Translations under genes and position numbers: made by a program
Notes under the pieces: generated by a model
Told to the model about the DNA's origin: nothing
Database searches by the model: none
What the model saw: the letters and a program-made list of their open reading frames with translations, nothing else
From: the human T2T-CHM13v2.0 reference genome, Homo sapiens
Reading direction: 5' to 3' (one strand)
Assembly: GCF_009914755.1 (NCBI RefSeq)
Contig: NC_060926.1
DNA: 64,000 nt
Part shown: positions 26,681 through 43,840 of the stretch, piece after piece
How the letters are laid out: the number at the start of each line of letters is the position of its first letter
How positions within the stretch are numbered: the stretch's first letter is position 1

Positions 26681-28111
26681 TATAGCTTTTGGTTATGAGT
26701 TTAATAATGCCTATGAGTCTATTGATTAAGAATGATTTCACAGTATTTTCTGGTTCTTCCCAGTGCACGCCTTGAGTAATTATGAAAACAGGTCTGTTTT
26801 ATTATAGAAAAAGTGAAGGGTGATAGCATGACCTCAATTTGAAATAGTTACAGTTTTACATGCCAATATTTTATAGGTCTATAATAGCATATTTATAACT
26901 TTTTAACTATCCAATTTTACTTGGCCCCAGTGATCTTAACTTCTCATGCTCTCAAATTTTCTAGACACTAACTACATTATAATATTTATCTTACTCTTTG
27001 CATAATACTCTTTTGTTTAGAAAGTAAATATTGGCTAGAACACCACATACCTTTGCAATATCCAAGTTTCTATAAACTTAGCATAGGTATCAATTTTTTA
27101 AACACCTTATCTATTACTTGTATATGTTTTGAGTCCATTAAGCTACATAAAAAAATTTATGTAAAGATAAAGCCAGGAACTGGAAGTAATTTTTTGGGAA
27201 GCATTGACTATCGCCAAGAAATGTTTATATAAGAAAATAAAAGCCAAAAGATTAATAGGATGTTTTTACTTAAATGTTAAAGTTGTAAATTTTTTACTAT
27301 AGAGTTTTACTTTAGGTATGATTGACTCAATAGCCAGCATAGAACAAAATCTTGTATTCTTTACTTAATAGTCACAAGGGTATATTTGGAATGAAAAACT
27401 TCACACTCATTTTTAGCTACAGATGGTTGTTGTAAAGAATACTAAAAATGGCCATAAAGCAATTGGCCAATAAACACACTAAAAACAATAAAGTGTATCT
27501 GGAACAAACTGGCTTTATAATAGCACATACCACCCATTGTAATCACCAATATCAGTTTCAGCAATAAACAAATGATATGAACTAGGACAGCTGTTAAATA
27601 TTAATCAGTAATGCTAGGCTGTAACTAGAAGTGAGAAAATAAAACTTGGAAAAAATGTATTATCTGACTGACAGTGGGGCATGTCCTTGTATAGCTGACT
27701 AAGGATCACTCTCTGCTCTAGAATTTTTCTAACTTTTCAAGTCAATCTTCTGGTTTTTCTGATTGATTCTGGTGTCCGGTTGGTAAAATATATATTTGCT
27801 TGTGCTCTTTGGCCCCTAAAGCTATCACCATGCTCCATTTCATCCATTAGAGGGAATAACAAATTGGAACAAAAGAGCAATAGATATCACCCTGATTTTT
27901 CTCAGCTCAGGATAACTGATGAGCTGAGCTCTTTCTTCTCATTGCCCCAGACATGAACAAATCCCACGTCTACTTGTCTTTGTTTTCAAACTAGTATATG
28001 TGATTCCCACCAAAATCATTTTTTTCTATTGATAGTTAAATAAAATCCCTTTATTTAACATTATACTATACTATACTATACTTACTATATCTGATACTTA
28101 CTATATTTTAA

Positions 28112-28509
<398 letters not shown>

Positions 28510-28909
28510 TATTATATTTCTTGAACACTTATCTGTTAGATACTAAAAAATCATTTTAGAGATATTTCTTAATTTAATGTTTACAACAGTTCTCTCAAGT
28601 AGGTTTTATATTGTCACCATTTTATGGGTGAAAAGAGTAAGAAATAGAAAAGTTAAACACCCCCCTCAAGAGTACCCAGCTAGTATGTGGTGAGCTTGCA
28701 TTTAAATCCCCATGTAAGAGAGTGGCTCTCTCAATGAGGGCAAGGACTCTGTTCACTGTATCTCCACATTTCATAAGACTCGGCACATAGTGTTTATCAA
28801 GCATTAAGTGAATTATTTTAGGAATTTTAAATATTAGATCACTTAATAGAATTAACATAATTTCTCATGACTAGTTGTTTCCCCTTTGTTCTCTAGGAAC
28901 ATCTGAAAC

Positions 28910-29630
28910 TTGTTTATTCATTCAATAATATTTATTTGGCCTTAATGTCTTCTATTTAGCATTGCAGTAAGAGCTGGGGAAAGCATGATGAACTCAGTGC
29001 ACACTGTCAAAATGCTTACAGTCTTGAAGTCATTACTTTTGTGTTCAATGTGCCACAGGACCCTTAAGGAAGGATGATGGGGAGTCAGGAAAAGCTTCAT
29101 AGGGAGAAGGATATTTGATACAAGACTTGGAACCCATTAACCAATTGGAACTGATGTATCCAAGGGGAGCAGTGCAATTAAACACACTGAATGTGATTAG
29201 CCAAGGAATCATTTTGCATGACTGTAACCTCAGGCATGAGTAAGGAGAGGACTTTAAGAGAGACCGGCTGTCAGGATTCAAGTCATAGACAAGCTTGTTG
29301 ACTACAAAAAGGCACAGGTTTAAGACTTTAGCAATGGCAAGCTGATTGAAAACGTTTAAACACAGAGATATGTCATGATTGGATTTGCTGTTATAATTTT
29401 AAGACAATTAATAGCTTATTCAATAGTAGTTCAGATGAGGTATTATAGGTACCTAAGCCCTAAGGAAGAGTTAGTGAAGATGAGAAGAGAGTTAGAATTA
29501 TTAGCACTTAGACTTGACACAATATGATGGGGAAAAGGATAAATTAAAAATATTGGTATTAGCATCTGGTGTGGGAAGCCTTGTCATTAAATAAGATGAG
29601 AAATTAACAGAGAAGGAAAAGATTGCCTAT
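28910..29630 (-). mobile_element. L2 fragments
   Basis: tttattcattcaataatatttatt, ggagtcaggaaaagcttcataggg, atgattggatttg. Confidence 0.6.
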
Positions 29631-30827
29631 ATAATTATGAGATAGTGACATTTTAGTCAATAATGGGGATAGAATATATGATGGTGGCCCCAGAGGATTA
29701 TAATGTAGGTGAAAAATTTTTATCACCTAGCAATGTCATAGCCATCATAATATCATAGTGCGATGCATCACTCATGCATTTGTGATGATGTTGATGTAAA
29801 CAAACTTACTGTGCTGCCAGTCTCATCATATAAAAGCATAGCACAATTATGTACAATACATAACACTTGATAATGATAATAAATGACTATGTTACTGGCT
29901 TATGTATTTGCTATACTATTGTTTTTAATGTTGTTTTAAAGTGAATACTTTCTACTTATATTTTAAAAAATTAACTGTAAAACAACCTCAGGCAGATCTT
30001 TGAGGAAGTATTCCAGAAGAAGGTATTGTTAGCATAGGACATGACAGCTCCGTGTATGCTATTGTCCCTGAAGACCTCTGAGTGGGACAGGATGTGGAAG
30101 TGGAAGACAGTGATATTGATGATCCTGACGCTGTGTAGGCCCAGGCCAATGTGAATGTTTGGGTCTTTGTGTTTAACAAAAGAGTTTTAAAATTTAAAAA
30201 TAACTGAAATTTTAAAAATAGTAAAAAAGCTTGTAGAGTAAGGACATAAACAAAAAAATTTTTGTATAGCTGTAAATGTGTTTGTGTTTTAACCTATAAA
30301 AAGTTAAAAAAAACTTTAAAAGTTTATAAAGTAAAAAAGTTACAGTAAGTTAATGTTCATTTTTTATTGAAAAAAATTATAAATTTATTGCAGCCTAAGT
30401 GTACAGTGCTTATAAAACCTACAGTAGTGTATAGTAATATTCTAAGCCTTCACATTCACTCACCACTCACCCAGAGGCTCACCCAGAGCAATTTTCATCT
30501 GCAAATTCCATTCATGGTAAGTGTCCTATAGACATATATCATTTTTTATTTTTTATGCCATATTTTTACTGTACCACTTTTATGTTTAGGTACATTTACA
30601 TATACAAATACCATTGTGTTATAGTTGCCTATGGTATTTAGTACAGTAATGTGCTGTATAGGTTTGTAGTCTAGGAGCAATCGGCTATGCCATACAGCCT
30701 AGGTGTATAGTAGGCTGTACCATCTAGTTTTGCATAAGTATACTCCATGATGTTCACACAATGGCAAAATCACTTAATGACACATCTCTCAGAATGTATC
30801 CCTATAATTAAGCGATGCAGAACTGTA
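29631..30827. mobile_element. Tigger3b (TcMar-Tigger) non-autonomous DNA transposon, near full length
   Basis: gtaaacaaacttactgtgctgccagtc, attccagaagaaggtattgtt, gaagacagtgatattgatgatcctgac, terminal agaatgtatccctataattaagcgatgcagaactg+ta. Confidence 0.9.
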
Positions 30828-30899
30828 TTTAGTTTTAGGATATATGACATGTTTATATCCTAGCGGATATAGGGTGTCTAGTACACATAATAATAATAA

Positions 30900-31330
30900 T
30901 AATTCAGTTTATTGAAGAAAGTGAGAAGAGCATGAAAGATAATAATGTGGAACCACCAGTATATAAGGAGTGTTCAAAAGCTAAAGTATGGGTGAATAAA
31001 ACTAAGAAGGAGCAAGCAAAGAGGCAGAAAGGGATTCAGGAAGTTATGCAATGGTGGAAGCCAAAGACTATAGAGTTTGAAGGAAGAAAATGCCAGCAGT
31101 GTGCAATCCACAAGAAAGATCATGTAAGATTAAGCACTTAAATGAAACTGGATTTTACAATCAGGAGATTATTGATGACCTCAAAGAAGGCAAACTTGGA
31201 CAGGAATTCATGGTGGATGTTTGCTCACAGTTAACTGAAGTGTAAATAGAAGATGAAGTAGAGATATCAAGTACTGATTACTTTTTTTGAGGAGTTTGCT
31301 GTTAACAGAAATAGCAAACTGACACTATCT
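30900..31330 (-). mobile_element. L2 fragment (resumes after Tigger3b)
   Basis: ggtggaagccaaag, caatcaggagattattgatgacct, tttgaggagtttgctgt. Confidence 0.6.
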
Positions 31331-31710
31331 GGAGGAAATGCAAATGTGAGGAACATTTTTCTTTGTTTACCTAATTATCTTGTCTCTATTTTCGATTGTG
31401 AGAAAGTCAGAAAGGTTACTGAGTGCAGGCACATTTCCTATAGAAAATTGAGCAGGGAGGCTGAAATAAGTTATTGCAGTTTGAAGAGCAAATGGAAATG
31501 TGGAAGAGAAGGCAGGCGGAAGCTGACTGCAGCTAGAGAAGCATGTGGTGAATGCATTTTCTAGGTTTTGAACACGAGGTTCAAAATGCTTAGTGACAGG
31601 GTATATTGTTGCCTTTTTTTTTTAGGTGAGTCATAATTGAGATAGCAAAACTTTTCCCAACTTATCTCCTTGAACTAGTCTGAAGCAAGTTGTACAGTTA
31701 AATTCTCTTT

Positions 31711-33592
<1,882 letters not shown>

Positions 33593-34571
33593 TTAAGAAA
33601 ATCTGATTGTACCGCTTGATCACCTGTGTGCTTGTAGTCCTTGCTTAAAACCCATTCAAGTGAAATAGTTCTCTGTAAGGCTGCCCTGCTTACCCTTGGT
33701 GGTAAATAGTCCTGAAATATGGCCACTAAGAGTTCCTTTTCTTCTTGAGAGCATGCCAAACCATCCATTAAGAGATGGTCTACTTACCCTGCTTTGCATA
33801 TGGCTGCACTTGTGACTTGCTTATCAAGAAGTTCTGTCTGTCTCCAGTGATCCAATTTTAAAAAGCAACTTCTCATTTACATTCCATTTTGTGGTAATTT
33901 TTAGCTCCTTGAAATTTGTGGCTTTTGTTGGGATTGCGGAAATGTCTTTTACCATGCTCCTCTGGTGCTACTTTAGCTTTATTCCTGTGTAGGAAGGTTG
34001 TTTCCTGTGCACTCTGCTTGGGAAGAGCTGATGGTTCATGTTCAGATGCCACTTGATGGTCACCCAAGACTTAGAGAGATTTGTCAGTAAATAAGGTATT
34101 CAGATATTGTTTCTATAGGTCAGGGGTGGATTTCTAGTGCCAAAACTTCAACGGCACCTTCACATACATTCCCATACACACCATTTGAACTTTTTGTTTA
34201 GTCTAACCCAGATTGCTTATGAGTAATTTTCAGTTTATAACAGACAGTGGGAGAAGTTGCTGGGCTTGATATCTTTTGAAAATATTGGTTTATTTAAAAC
34301 AAAAAAAATCCACTAAAGTTATTTGCAGATTTCAATTATGTACGAAAATGAAAAAGAACAATATTTAATTTCTTAATGCAAACCAATTTTCAGCCTTAAA
34401 GCCTTAAGAGAGCTGCGGAATAGATCTAATGTCATTGTGACGTAGAAGGTCTTAATATGAGCAATCTCCCAATTAAATTAGGTGCCTACATAAAATAACA
34501 CACTTGGCTTTAGAGTAAAATTTAAATTTCTTTGCAATTCCATATTAATTTTTATTATCCTTTCTCCTCTA

Positions 34572-34948
<377 letters not shown>

Positions 34949-35810
34949 TTCTCTAATTTTAGATAATTAAAATTTTATTATAATTGCACTTAATAAAAGA
35001 TGTTTAACATGTTCTGGGTTTAGTTCAAAGATTTCTCATCAAGGCTTGGTTTTTCCTGTTTACACTTTTTTTCCACTCATGTCTGGCTTATCTTCTGAAT
35101 CAGGAAATAAATGCCATCTCTTACCAGGGACACGGCAAAAATAGAATGATTGATATCACTTGGCACCTACTACACTGAATGCCTGAAGTGGAAGACTGGA
35201 GATCAAAGGCAGACCCGGAATGGCTGATAATTTGTATATTGAGTTCATAACCAGACAGCCATTGTTCTGATGCAAATGGATAGACTGTGTGTGCATGGAA
35301 ACTTAAGTACAGTAGAAAACAATCTGCACGAGGATTAAACATTTTATATATTCCCATTGTGATTTCTGAATATCACAGTGCCTTCATAAGAAATGTATCT
35401 CTAAGCATGTACTTCTATCACAAGCACTCTGATTTGCACATCTGGTTCTGCAGATAAAATTATGCGCTATAGATAATGGGCAGATGTATAATGTTTCGAT
35501 GATATGAGCACATATGCCTTATGTCTCTATTAAATCTATCAGATACATGTTATATACTCTATAGAGAGAAGGAGAATACAAATGGGTGTTTTTATTGCCA
35601 ATTTCAGTAAAACTGGCATTTTCCTTCAAATTATGTAAGTCATTTCAGTAGAATCACATAGACCAAGATATGATAAACAATAGCTGCTACTAAGTTTCAA
35701 TAAACTCGCTAGAAAAATCTCATAAAAAGAGATACTAAGCAAAAGGGACAAAATTAACAGGTTTGGAGCAGTGGTTCAGACAATTCATACTTGATTTAAA
35801 ACAATTTTGA

Positions 35811-36105
<295 letters not shown>

Positions 36106-36237
36106 TCAAGAATATCAATCAATTTAGACCTCAAGGCATTTTTAAACAATATTATAAACCACTGCATTATAATTTAAAGCAAGGTCAGGTGGAAGGAGTG
36201 GGAAAGACAGGTTGATAGCATGCATAGAGAGGGCTAT

Positions 36238-36268
36238 GTGTGTGTGTGTCTGTGTGTGTGTGTGTGTA
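36238..36268. repeat. (TG)n microsatellite, interrupted
   Basis: Directly visible. Confidence 0.9.
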
Positions 36269-36764
36269 CACGCATGCACAAGTCAGAAAGTTATTCTTTG
36301 GCGTTTTTGAGTGTTCATTTGTTAAGGTAAAGAAGACTTGGTGGAGGCATTAATAACTTTCAGGACTTTGTTGAAAACTTGCCCTGAAGGACAGAGCTGT
36401 ATTGGAAGATGAATACTTAACGACTGTACTCTAGCTTGTCAAGCAGCCGCAGAAGAAAAGAGAAACAATGCGAGAATGTTGATCTGCATGTATATTCTAC
36501 AGAGTAAGCAGATGATCGATTATTTGTTGATGCTATTTGAACAGGAAAAATATTCTAGAACCAAGGGGCTGTATAAAAACATATTTCAAGAACAACTCCA
36601 GGCATTTTTCCTGTCAGTCATGTTATCACTATCCATTGGGTTATCTGATATTTTATCATTAAGAGTATTTTTCTTAGAAATTCTATTTGGAATACTCCTA
36701 TATATGGCTTCTCTTTCAACAGCAAACTCCAGTTCTTCTTTCTCCTCCCCACCCCCATCTCTCC

Positions 36765-36765
<1 letters not shown>

Positions 36766-36809
<44 letters not shown>
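36766..36809. repeat. Pure (AC)~22 microsatellite
   Basis: Directly visible. Confidence 0.95.
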
Positions 36810-36811
<2 letters not shown>

Positions 36812-37129
36812 CCCTACCTGTCCTGAAAGTTACCCTTGCTTTACATAGCTAAAGCTAAGCAGCATGGGGACAATGGAATTCGGGTCCTAAATAAGGACCT
36901 AACAACTTAAAGCTCTGTCTAATTTTTAAACTTTAAGAATCATAGAAGGGTAAAATTTTTCTTGATTTAAGTCCTTTTCCAAATTTTCTAACCAGAAACG
37001 ATCTCCAAAATGATCTATTCTAACCTTTCCCCCAAAATTTTTTCTTTTAAAAATAAGACATTTTGTAGACATGCAAAAGCCTCCCAGCCAAGAATCAAAA
37101 CCCCAAAGCTGTAGATGGCAGAATTCTTT

Positions 37130-37745
37130 AATTCTTATTTTTAAAAGAATAAGAATGTTTAAAAATAAGAATTATAATTTTTCTTGTTTTATACATAAGA
37201 AAACTGAGGCTCCAAATAGCAAAGTGACTTGCCTGGTAAACACTTAACAAAAATTTAACAATGACCTTTTCTGGATTAAAACCTTCTTGTAGTTTATTAT
37301 CCCCAACAGTATAAAGCATTAAGCACTTTGACGAGGCTCTTCCTTTACTTCCTGTGCCCTCGTCACCCCATTCCCCTCCATTATTGTCAATCAACTTGGA
37401 ACTGCTACGACATCTCCACAGGCCTTGCTTAATGCCGTCTGTCCCTGGAGCACCCATCCACCTCCCCCTCCTCTGCCTGACTCTAACCCAGTGTTCAAAA
37501 TGTGAAATAAACCATTGGACAGTCATAAAACTGTCTCTACTTCCCTCAGTTTGGCGTACAGGCTTATCTGTGACCCCATAAGACTGTGATTATCTTGATC
37601 ACAGTTCTTAGGCTTTTGAAATTATCTGTTAATTGTTTCTGTCCCATTAATCTCTGCATACTTTAAAGACAGAGATTGCGTCTTGTGATCTTTGCATTCC
37701 CAGCAAGTGTCTGGAACAAAGTAGTTTCTCAACAAATTTATGGAG
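37130..37745. mobile_element. MIR (-) and L2 (+) fragments
   Basis: aaactgaggctccaaatagcaaagtgacttgcc (MIR); agagattgcgtcttgtgatctttgcattcccagca...ctcaacaaattt (L2). Confidence 0.55.
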
Positions 37746-38221
37746 TCTCTATTTTTCTTGCTAAAACAACCTCATCATTTTCTCTCTTCCCATCTACATG
37801 GTAAGCATGAGCCTGTTAGATTTACAGTGATTGAAGTTTATTAAAAATATATATCACTTATATAGCAACTGAAATATTGAAAGCACTTGCATGTATGTTA
37901 TTTTAGGCAAATACTAGAAGTATTTTATAAATGCATTGTATCAGACTTTTTTCCATATATTTCTGCCATGATATTTGAACATAAATGCAGGAATATAATA
38001 TTCATCCTGTTTAAATTTCATTTTATTCTTCAGACAATGTTCTGTCTATCTTAGATGCTACTTTGACAACCCGGATAAAACAAATATGCCCTGGAAATGG
38101 AAGGCTGGATCCTTACACACTTTAAAAATTATTTATTTTAGTCTCTACTAATATACACTTATTTGTCACAAAGCATGCAAAGAGTTGGTAAATAAACGCT
38201 ATAACATTTTGGATTTAATCA

Positions 38222-38460
38222 TTGTGGCATAGTGGTTAAGTGTGGTCTCTGTGTCCAAAAAGCCTGAGTTTAAATCCTAGCTCTGCTATTTAATTGTATA
38301 ACTTTAGACAACTGACTTAATCATTCTCTGCCGCAAGTTCCTCATCTAGAATATGGAGTGAAAAATCTTGACTCTTTAAAGGGCTGTGAGGGTAAGTTAA
38401 TTAAAATATCTAAAGTTTCTGTCACATACAGGACTCAATCAATAGTGGCCATTATTATTA
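38222..38460 (+). mobile_element. MIR
   Basis: tgtggcatagtggttaag...cctgagtttaaatcctagctctgc...cctcatctagaatatggag. Confidence 0.75.
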
Positions 38461-38852
38461 TTTAGGTTTAATTGAATCAGCTGATGCTCTTGTTTTCCAC
38501 ACTTTTGTACAACTTCATAAAAGGATATGGAAATTAAGAATAACTCATCCATTATTTTTCCCTTTCACTTGATTGATACTTATATTGAAGTATTTCATTT
38601 AATATTTTAAAACAAAATCCTCGTGTAGGCTATCAACACAAAAATATGAAATAAGTAACTATATGTTTGCTTATAAGTTTTAAAAATACATGTAATTATT
38701 ACTGATATTTTAAATATTATATAAATGGATGGATGGTGAAAACAGCACCTTTCAATGAAATATACAAATAAAATTAGCAATATTTGTGTTTTGATTCATG
38801 TATGTATGCATGTATGTTACCAGCTTATTGAAGGCTTTCAATGCTGTAGGTA

Positions 38853-39740
38853 TTGTGGCAGGTACTGTTGATTATCATTCCCTTCCCTCCTTACCAAGAG
38901 AACCTTAGAGCACCACACCATTGTGCTAAGTTAAAGGGATGGATTCAGTTTCTCAGATTGCTTATACTTGACATGGTCATGTGACCCAGTTCTGGCCAAT
39001 GAGGTATGAGCAGAAGTCCATCAGCAGGACCTCTGGGGAAGTTTTGCAAAGGGAGTCTTCCAGCCATGTTCCATTTGATCTTTTGCCTTTTGTACTGTGC
39101 CCTTCTTCCTTCCTGGAGGATAGATTCTGTACCTTAGACGTGCAAAAAGCCTTTCAGCCACAGAATCAAAACCTACAAGTTGTGGAAGGCAGAGCAGGAA
39201 GACACTAGAAGTCTGTGTCTTTAATCACAGTTTTGAGGTGTCATACCAGCCCTGCAATACTTATCCTTGATATGGTTAGGCTTTGCGTTCCCACCCAAAT
39301 CTCATCTTGAATTGTAATCCTCAAGTGTTGAGGGAGAGACCTGGTGGAGGGTGATTGAATCAAGGGGGCAGTTTTCCCCATGCTGTTTTCATGATAGTAA
39401 GTGAGTTCTCATGAGATCTGATGGTTTTGTAAGTGTTTGACATTTCCTCCTATATACACTCTTTCTCTCTCCTGCTGCTTTGTGAAGAAGGTGCATGCTT
39501 CCCCTTCTGCCTTGATTGTAAGTTTCCTGAGGCCTCCCCAGCCATGTGGAACTGTGAGTCAATTAAACCTCTTTCCTTTACAAATTACCCAGCCTTGGGT
39601 ATTCCTTTATAGCAGTGTAAAAGTGAACTAACACAATCCTTAACAACGTTTTACCTCTTAAGCCAAACAATACCTTTGAGTTTAAGCCCTTATTTATAGG
39701 GATATCTGTTAACTACTACGAGTTCAGTCCCAAGCGAAAC
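38853..39740 (+). mobile_element. Old MLT1 LTR (host of THE1D)
   Basis: ggtcatgtgacccagttctggccaatgag, ggcagagcaggaaga, tttaagcc on both sides of THE1D. Confidence 0.6.
39268..39635 (+). mobile_element. THE1D-type MaLR solo LTR
   Basis: tgatatggtt...cccacccaaatctcatcttgaattgta...gtaagtttcctgaggcctccccagcc...ctaacaca; perfect 5-bp TSD ATCCT. Confidence 0.9.
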
Positions 39741-42149
39741 AAATATAAACGTGATTTATTTGTTTTTGCCAATCACTACTTTTAATCATTTTTGGTTGAA
39801 TCTCTTTGTCTTATTCCTCAGCAAAATATTGGTGAGATTCTATAATTCCTTTATCACTTTTAATTATAGAAACTGAGCTAAATTTAAGCATTCAATCTTG
39901 AAATTGTTTTTCATCTCTTTTAGAAAAAAAAAAAAAAGGCAATCACCATGATCCAGAAATAAAACATCCCTAAAACTGAAAGGTGAAACAGTGTCCACAT
40001 TTTCAAAAATAGAGGACCTTTTAGGACCTCTAAATATTTAGACTAAGAAAGAAAATGTCAAAGAGAATCAAGATCCATGATTTAAAGTATCTAAGATCCT
40101 TTATATGAAAATATGATTTCTACTATATAGCAAATACGTGAGTAAAAGGAGTAGACAGAACTAGCATGACAGAAGCTGAGTAATCATTAGTTAAGACTGG
40201 TTTATAGAGGATTCCTATAAATATAGACCCTTAATCTTCAGGAAATATCAAAGGATATGCAAAAATAAATGATTCCACTTTATTGTCTGTTGAAATTTTG
40301 ATTTTTTCAATGAAATGTTAAATAATTGTAGCTTTTTAAAAAAGTCTTGACTATTTTCTATATAAATCCTGAAAGGTAACTTTAATAAAATCTAAACTAT
40401 TTCACTGGAATTTATGGGGGAAGAAAAGCATAAGTCAAGGACTGACCACATTTAGCCATCTACAATGATAATTGATAGATAATGATCTTCAATGATAAAA
40501 ATCATTATTTTGCATTGAAAAATGTATTGTATATTATTACCAAAAGATGAACGCAGTTCCATGGAAAAAAGTAGAAATTTTTAATATAGAGTATTATCTG
40601 TGTTTTGAGAACATAAATCACCCTGCACTTTCCTTCTGGCTTCTTGGCAACCTCCAATTTTAAATTCCATCAATAGGTGTAGCCCACGTAACATAAAACT
40701 CAGATGGCAGTATGTGCATCTTTCTATTTGCTTTGGCAGACTTCTCATCTCTCTTAATAAGACTTGGATAACACGTGGAAATCAATAAAATTATAGTTGG
40801 TTATGAAAGACGGCAATCCTAGCTTATTCAGGGTTTTGTATTCCACCTCCTAGGGAACAAAAATTCCACAGATTTTATGCTTCTTCGGGTGGCTCAGTGT
40901 AGTTCCTTGGACAAACAAAGGAAGGGGATTTACACATTGTTCTTGGTGGTTTTCCCAGGTGTTTATTTTCTTTCAAAAAAAAAATCGTAGCTACTTTAGA
41001 CTTGCTAGGGAAATACAAGCATTTTGGGGGCAGGCTCTCAGTTTATTTTTCTAATCTCCCTATACTATTTATTTTCAGCACCTTTGCAAGTTCTTCTTTT
41101 AGGTTGTTCTTCAACCATCAGCATTTAAGCCAATGGTTTATACATATTCCCGTGGGTATACACAGATTTATTTGGGATTCTCTGAGGAGTAATTATACTT
41201 AAATCCCTTTATTTCAAGCTCAATAATGCATATCAAAATACTCACGAGTGTGATGTTATGTAGATAACCTTGAATTTGTTGTTTTTTTTCAGTAAATCAT
41301 TCTCAAACTTTCACACACTAACTGTCATAGCTAACAAATTGCAACATACCCCATACCTATTTGCATCATCCAGGTGTCTTTTCCACTGAGGTGGAAAACT
41401 GCTCTTTTAAACAGCAATGGAGTTTGACCTGCCTATCCATGATGTAACAGTTTAAAAATATACACACTGAGGTTTTAAAGATTTTTTGTAGTCAGTCAAC
41501 CTGATTTACTCTTTAGAAGCATGTGCTATTTTAACGAACTCACCCACTCAAGTCTGTTGAAACATGGAAGCTGATGTGTCCATCTGACTGCAGTGGCATT
41601 CATTTCCATATTGATGGCATATATTTGTTATTTTCTGAACCTAATCATAAAGCTCATAGCCTATAACATGCAGCCTGTGGTGTTGAGACTTCTTTAGCTT
41701 TGCAATGCCAGCAATTGGTTCATGATAGCAAATGGTTGTTCAATTAATGTGGAAGAATTCTTGTGATACTAGAATCACAGGGTATCTCAACTGACCAATG
41801 TTAAAAACGAGGTCTTAACGTTCTTGAATAGGGTAGGTAGTTGATAGCTTCTGACTTGATGAGTACAGAAACTCTTCTTTGAGGGTGCAAGAAAAGGAAA
41901 GGAATGTTTGTATTCACCAGGAGAAAGATTGGAAATGTCAAAGCAGTAGAGAGGATGGCATAGCAGCTCTCTAATCCAGCTTGAAATAGAATTTTATTAT
42001 CAACAGAAAGGTTCAGAGCCTTAAGCCGAAGAAAAATGTTTTCATAAAAGACTTCGTGAAATTCTAAACACAAGCAGCGCTACTTGGGAAAAAAAAAAAA
42101 CAAGTGCAGCTTAAAACTGGGGACAGATGGGTTACTCTCCCCACTTATA

Positions 42150-42900
42150 CCTTGTCAGCACCTCATTAACCCCCTCAGGTCTTGAGGCTTTCCTCCCAAT
42201 CTGAGAGTCTCTTTCTTTTAAAACTTGAGTTCATCTTATTTACATTTACTGACATGACAGATAGGCTTGTTCTTAGTTCTTATATGATTTGTCATTGCTG
42301 CTTTGTAAATTGTCTAATTTTTATATATGATCTGTCTCCATGTTTTGTTTTGGTTATGTTTCCCAACCAGTAGCTTGGAGAGTACATTCTCTGTTTTTAG
42401 ATCCTGTAGTGTTGATGTTTACAAATTGTAACAATAATGCTTCTTATTTCTTTCATTTTTACAGAGTGTATATGAATTGTCCCTTTTAAACAGTGAATGA
42501 ACTGGAACATTCGTATTTTCTCCCACTTTTCTTCTCTACTTCATCTCTTGATTTTGGTTATTATGTTCTCAATTTAAATTTTTCTTACAGATCTCTTAAA
42601 ATAATACATATATATACATATACGTATGTATCTTCAAATAATACATTTAAACATTTGCTGCTTGATTTGCCTACTTTAAACAGTATCAATCAACTTCCAG
42701 TGTGAAAAATCAGAAATTTAACCTAGTTATATTTCTATCACATTTCACCTTCAAGAGTATGTTAATTATATTGTTATTTTGAAATTCTCAACATTTTTAA
42801 ATATTTCTCTTGTGATCTAAATGACTCCTACATTTGCTTATTGTTAATACTACATCTGAATAGATTATTATCTATTAATGCTCAAATAGATGTATAGCCA
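42150..42900 (-). mobile_element. Very old L1M/HAL1-like fragment
   Basis: T-rich degenerate text (catcttatttacatttactga, ttttggttattatgttc). Confidence 0.4.
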
Positions 42901-43149
42901 ACCCTTTCCCACAATGTCTCCATTATGTTTTAAGAACCAGGGTTAAAGGGTGCTTCCACAGATAATCTTCACCCCTAGATTTTGTCATTATAATAGTAAA
43001 GGAGTGTTGGATCCATCAGAGATAGCCCTACTGTTTGAGGACCCTGCTATATTAGGATGATTTTCACTATGAGTAAGAAGGCTGAAACCACTAGGACATG
43101 CATTATCTTGCATGTTGAAGAATGATGAGAAAAGCATTTTCAGGGTGAT

Positions 43150-43840
<691 letters not shown>

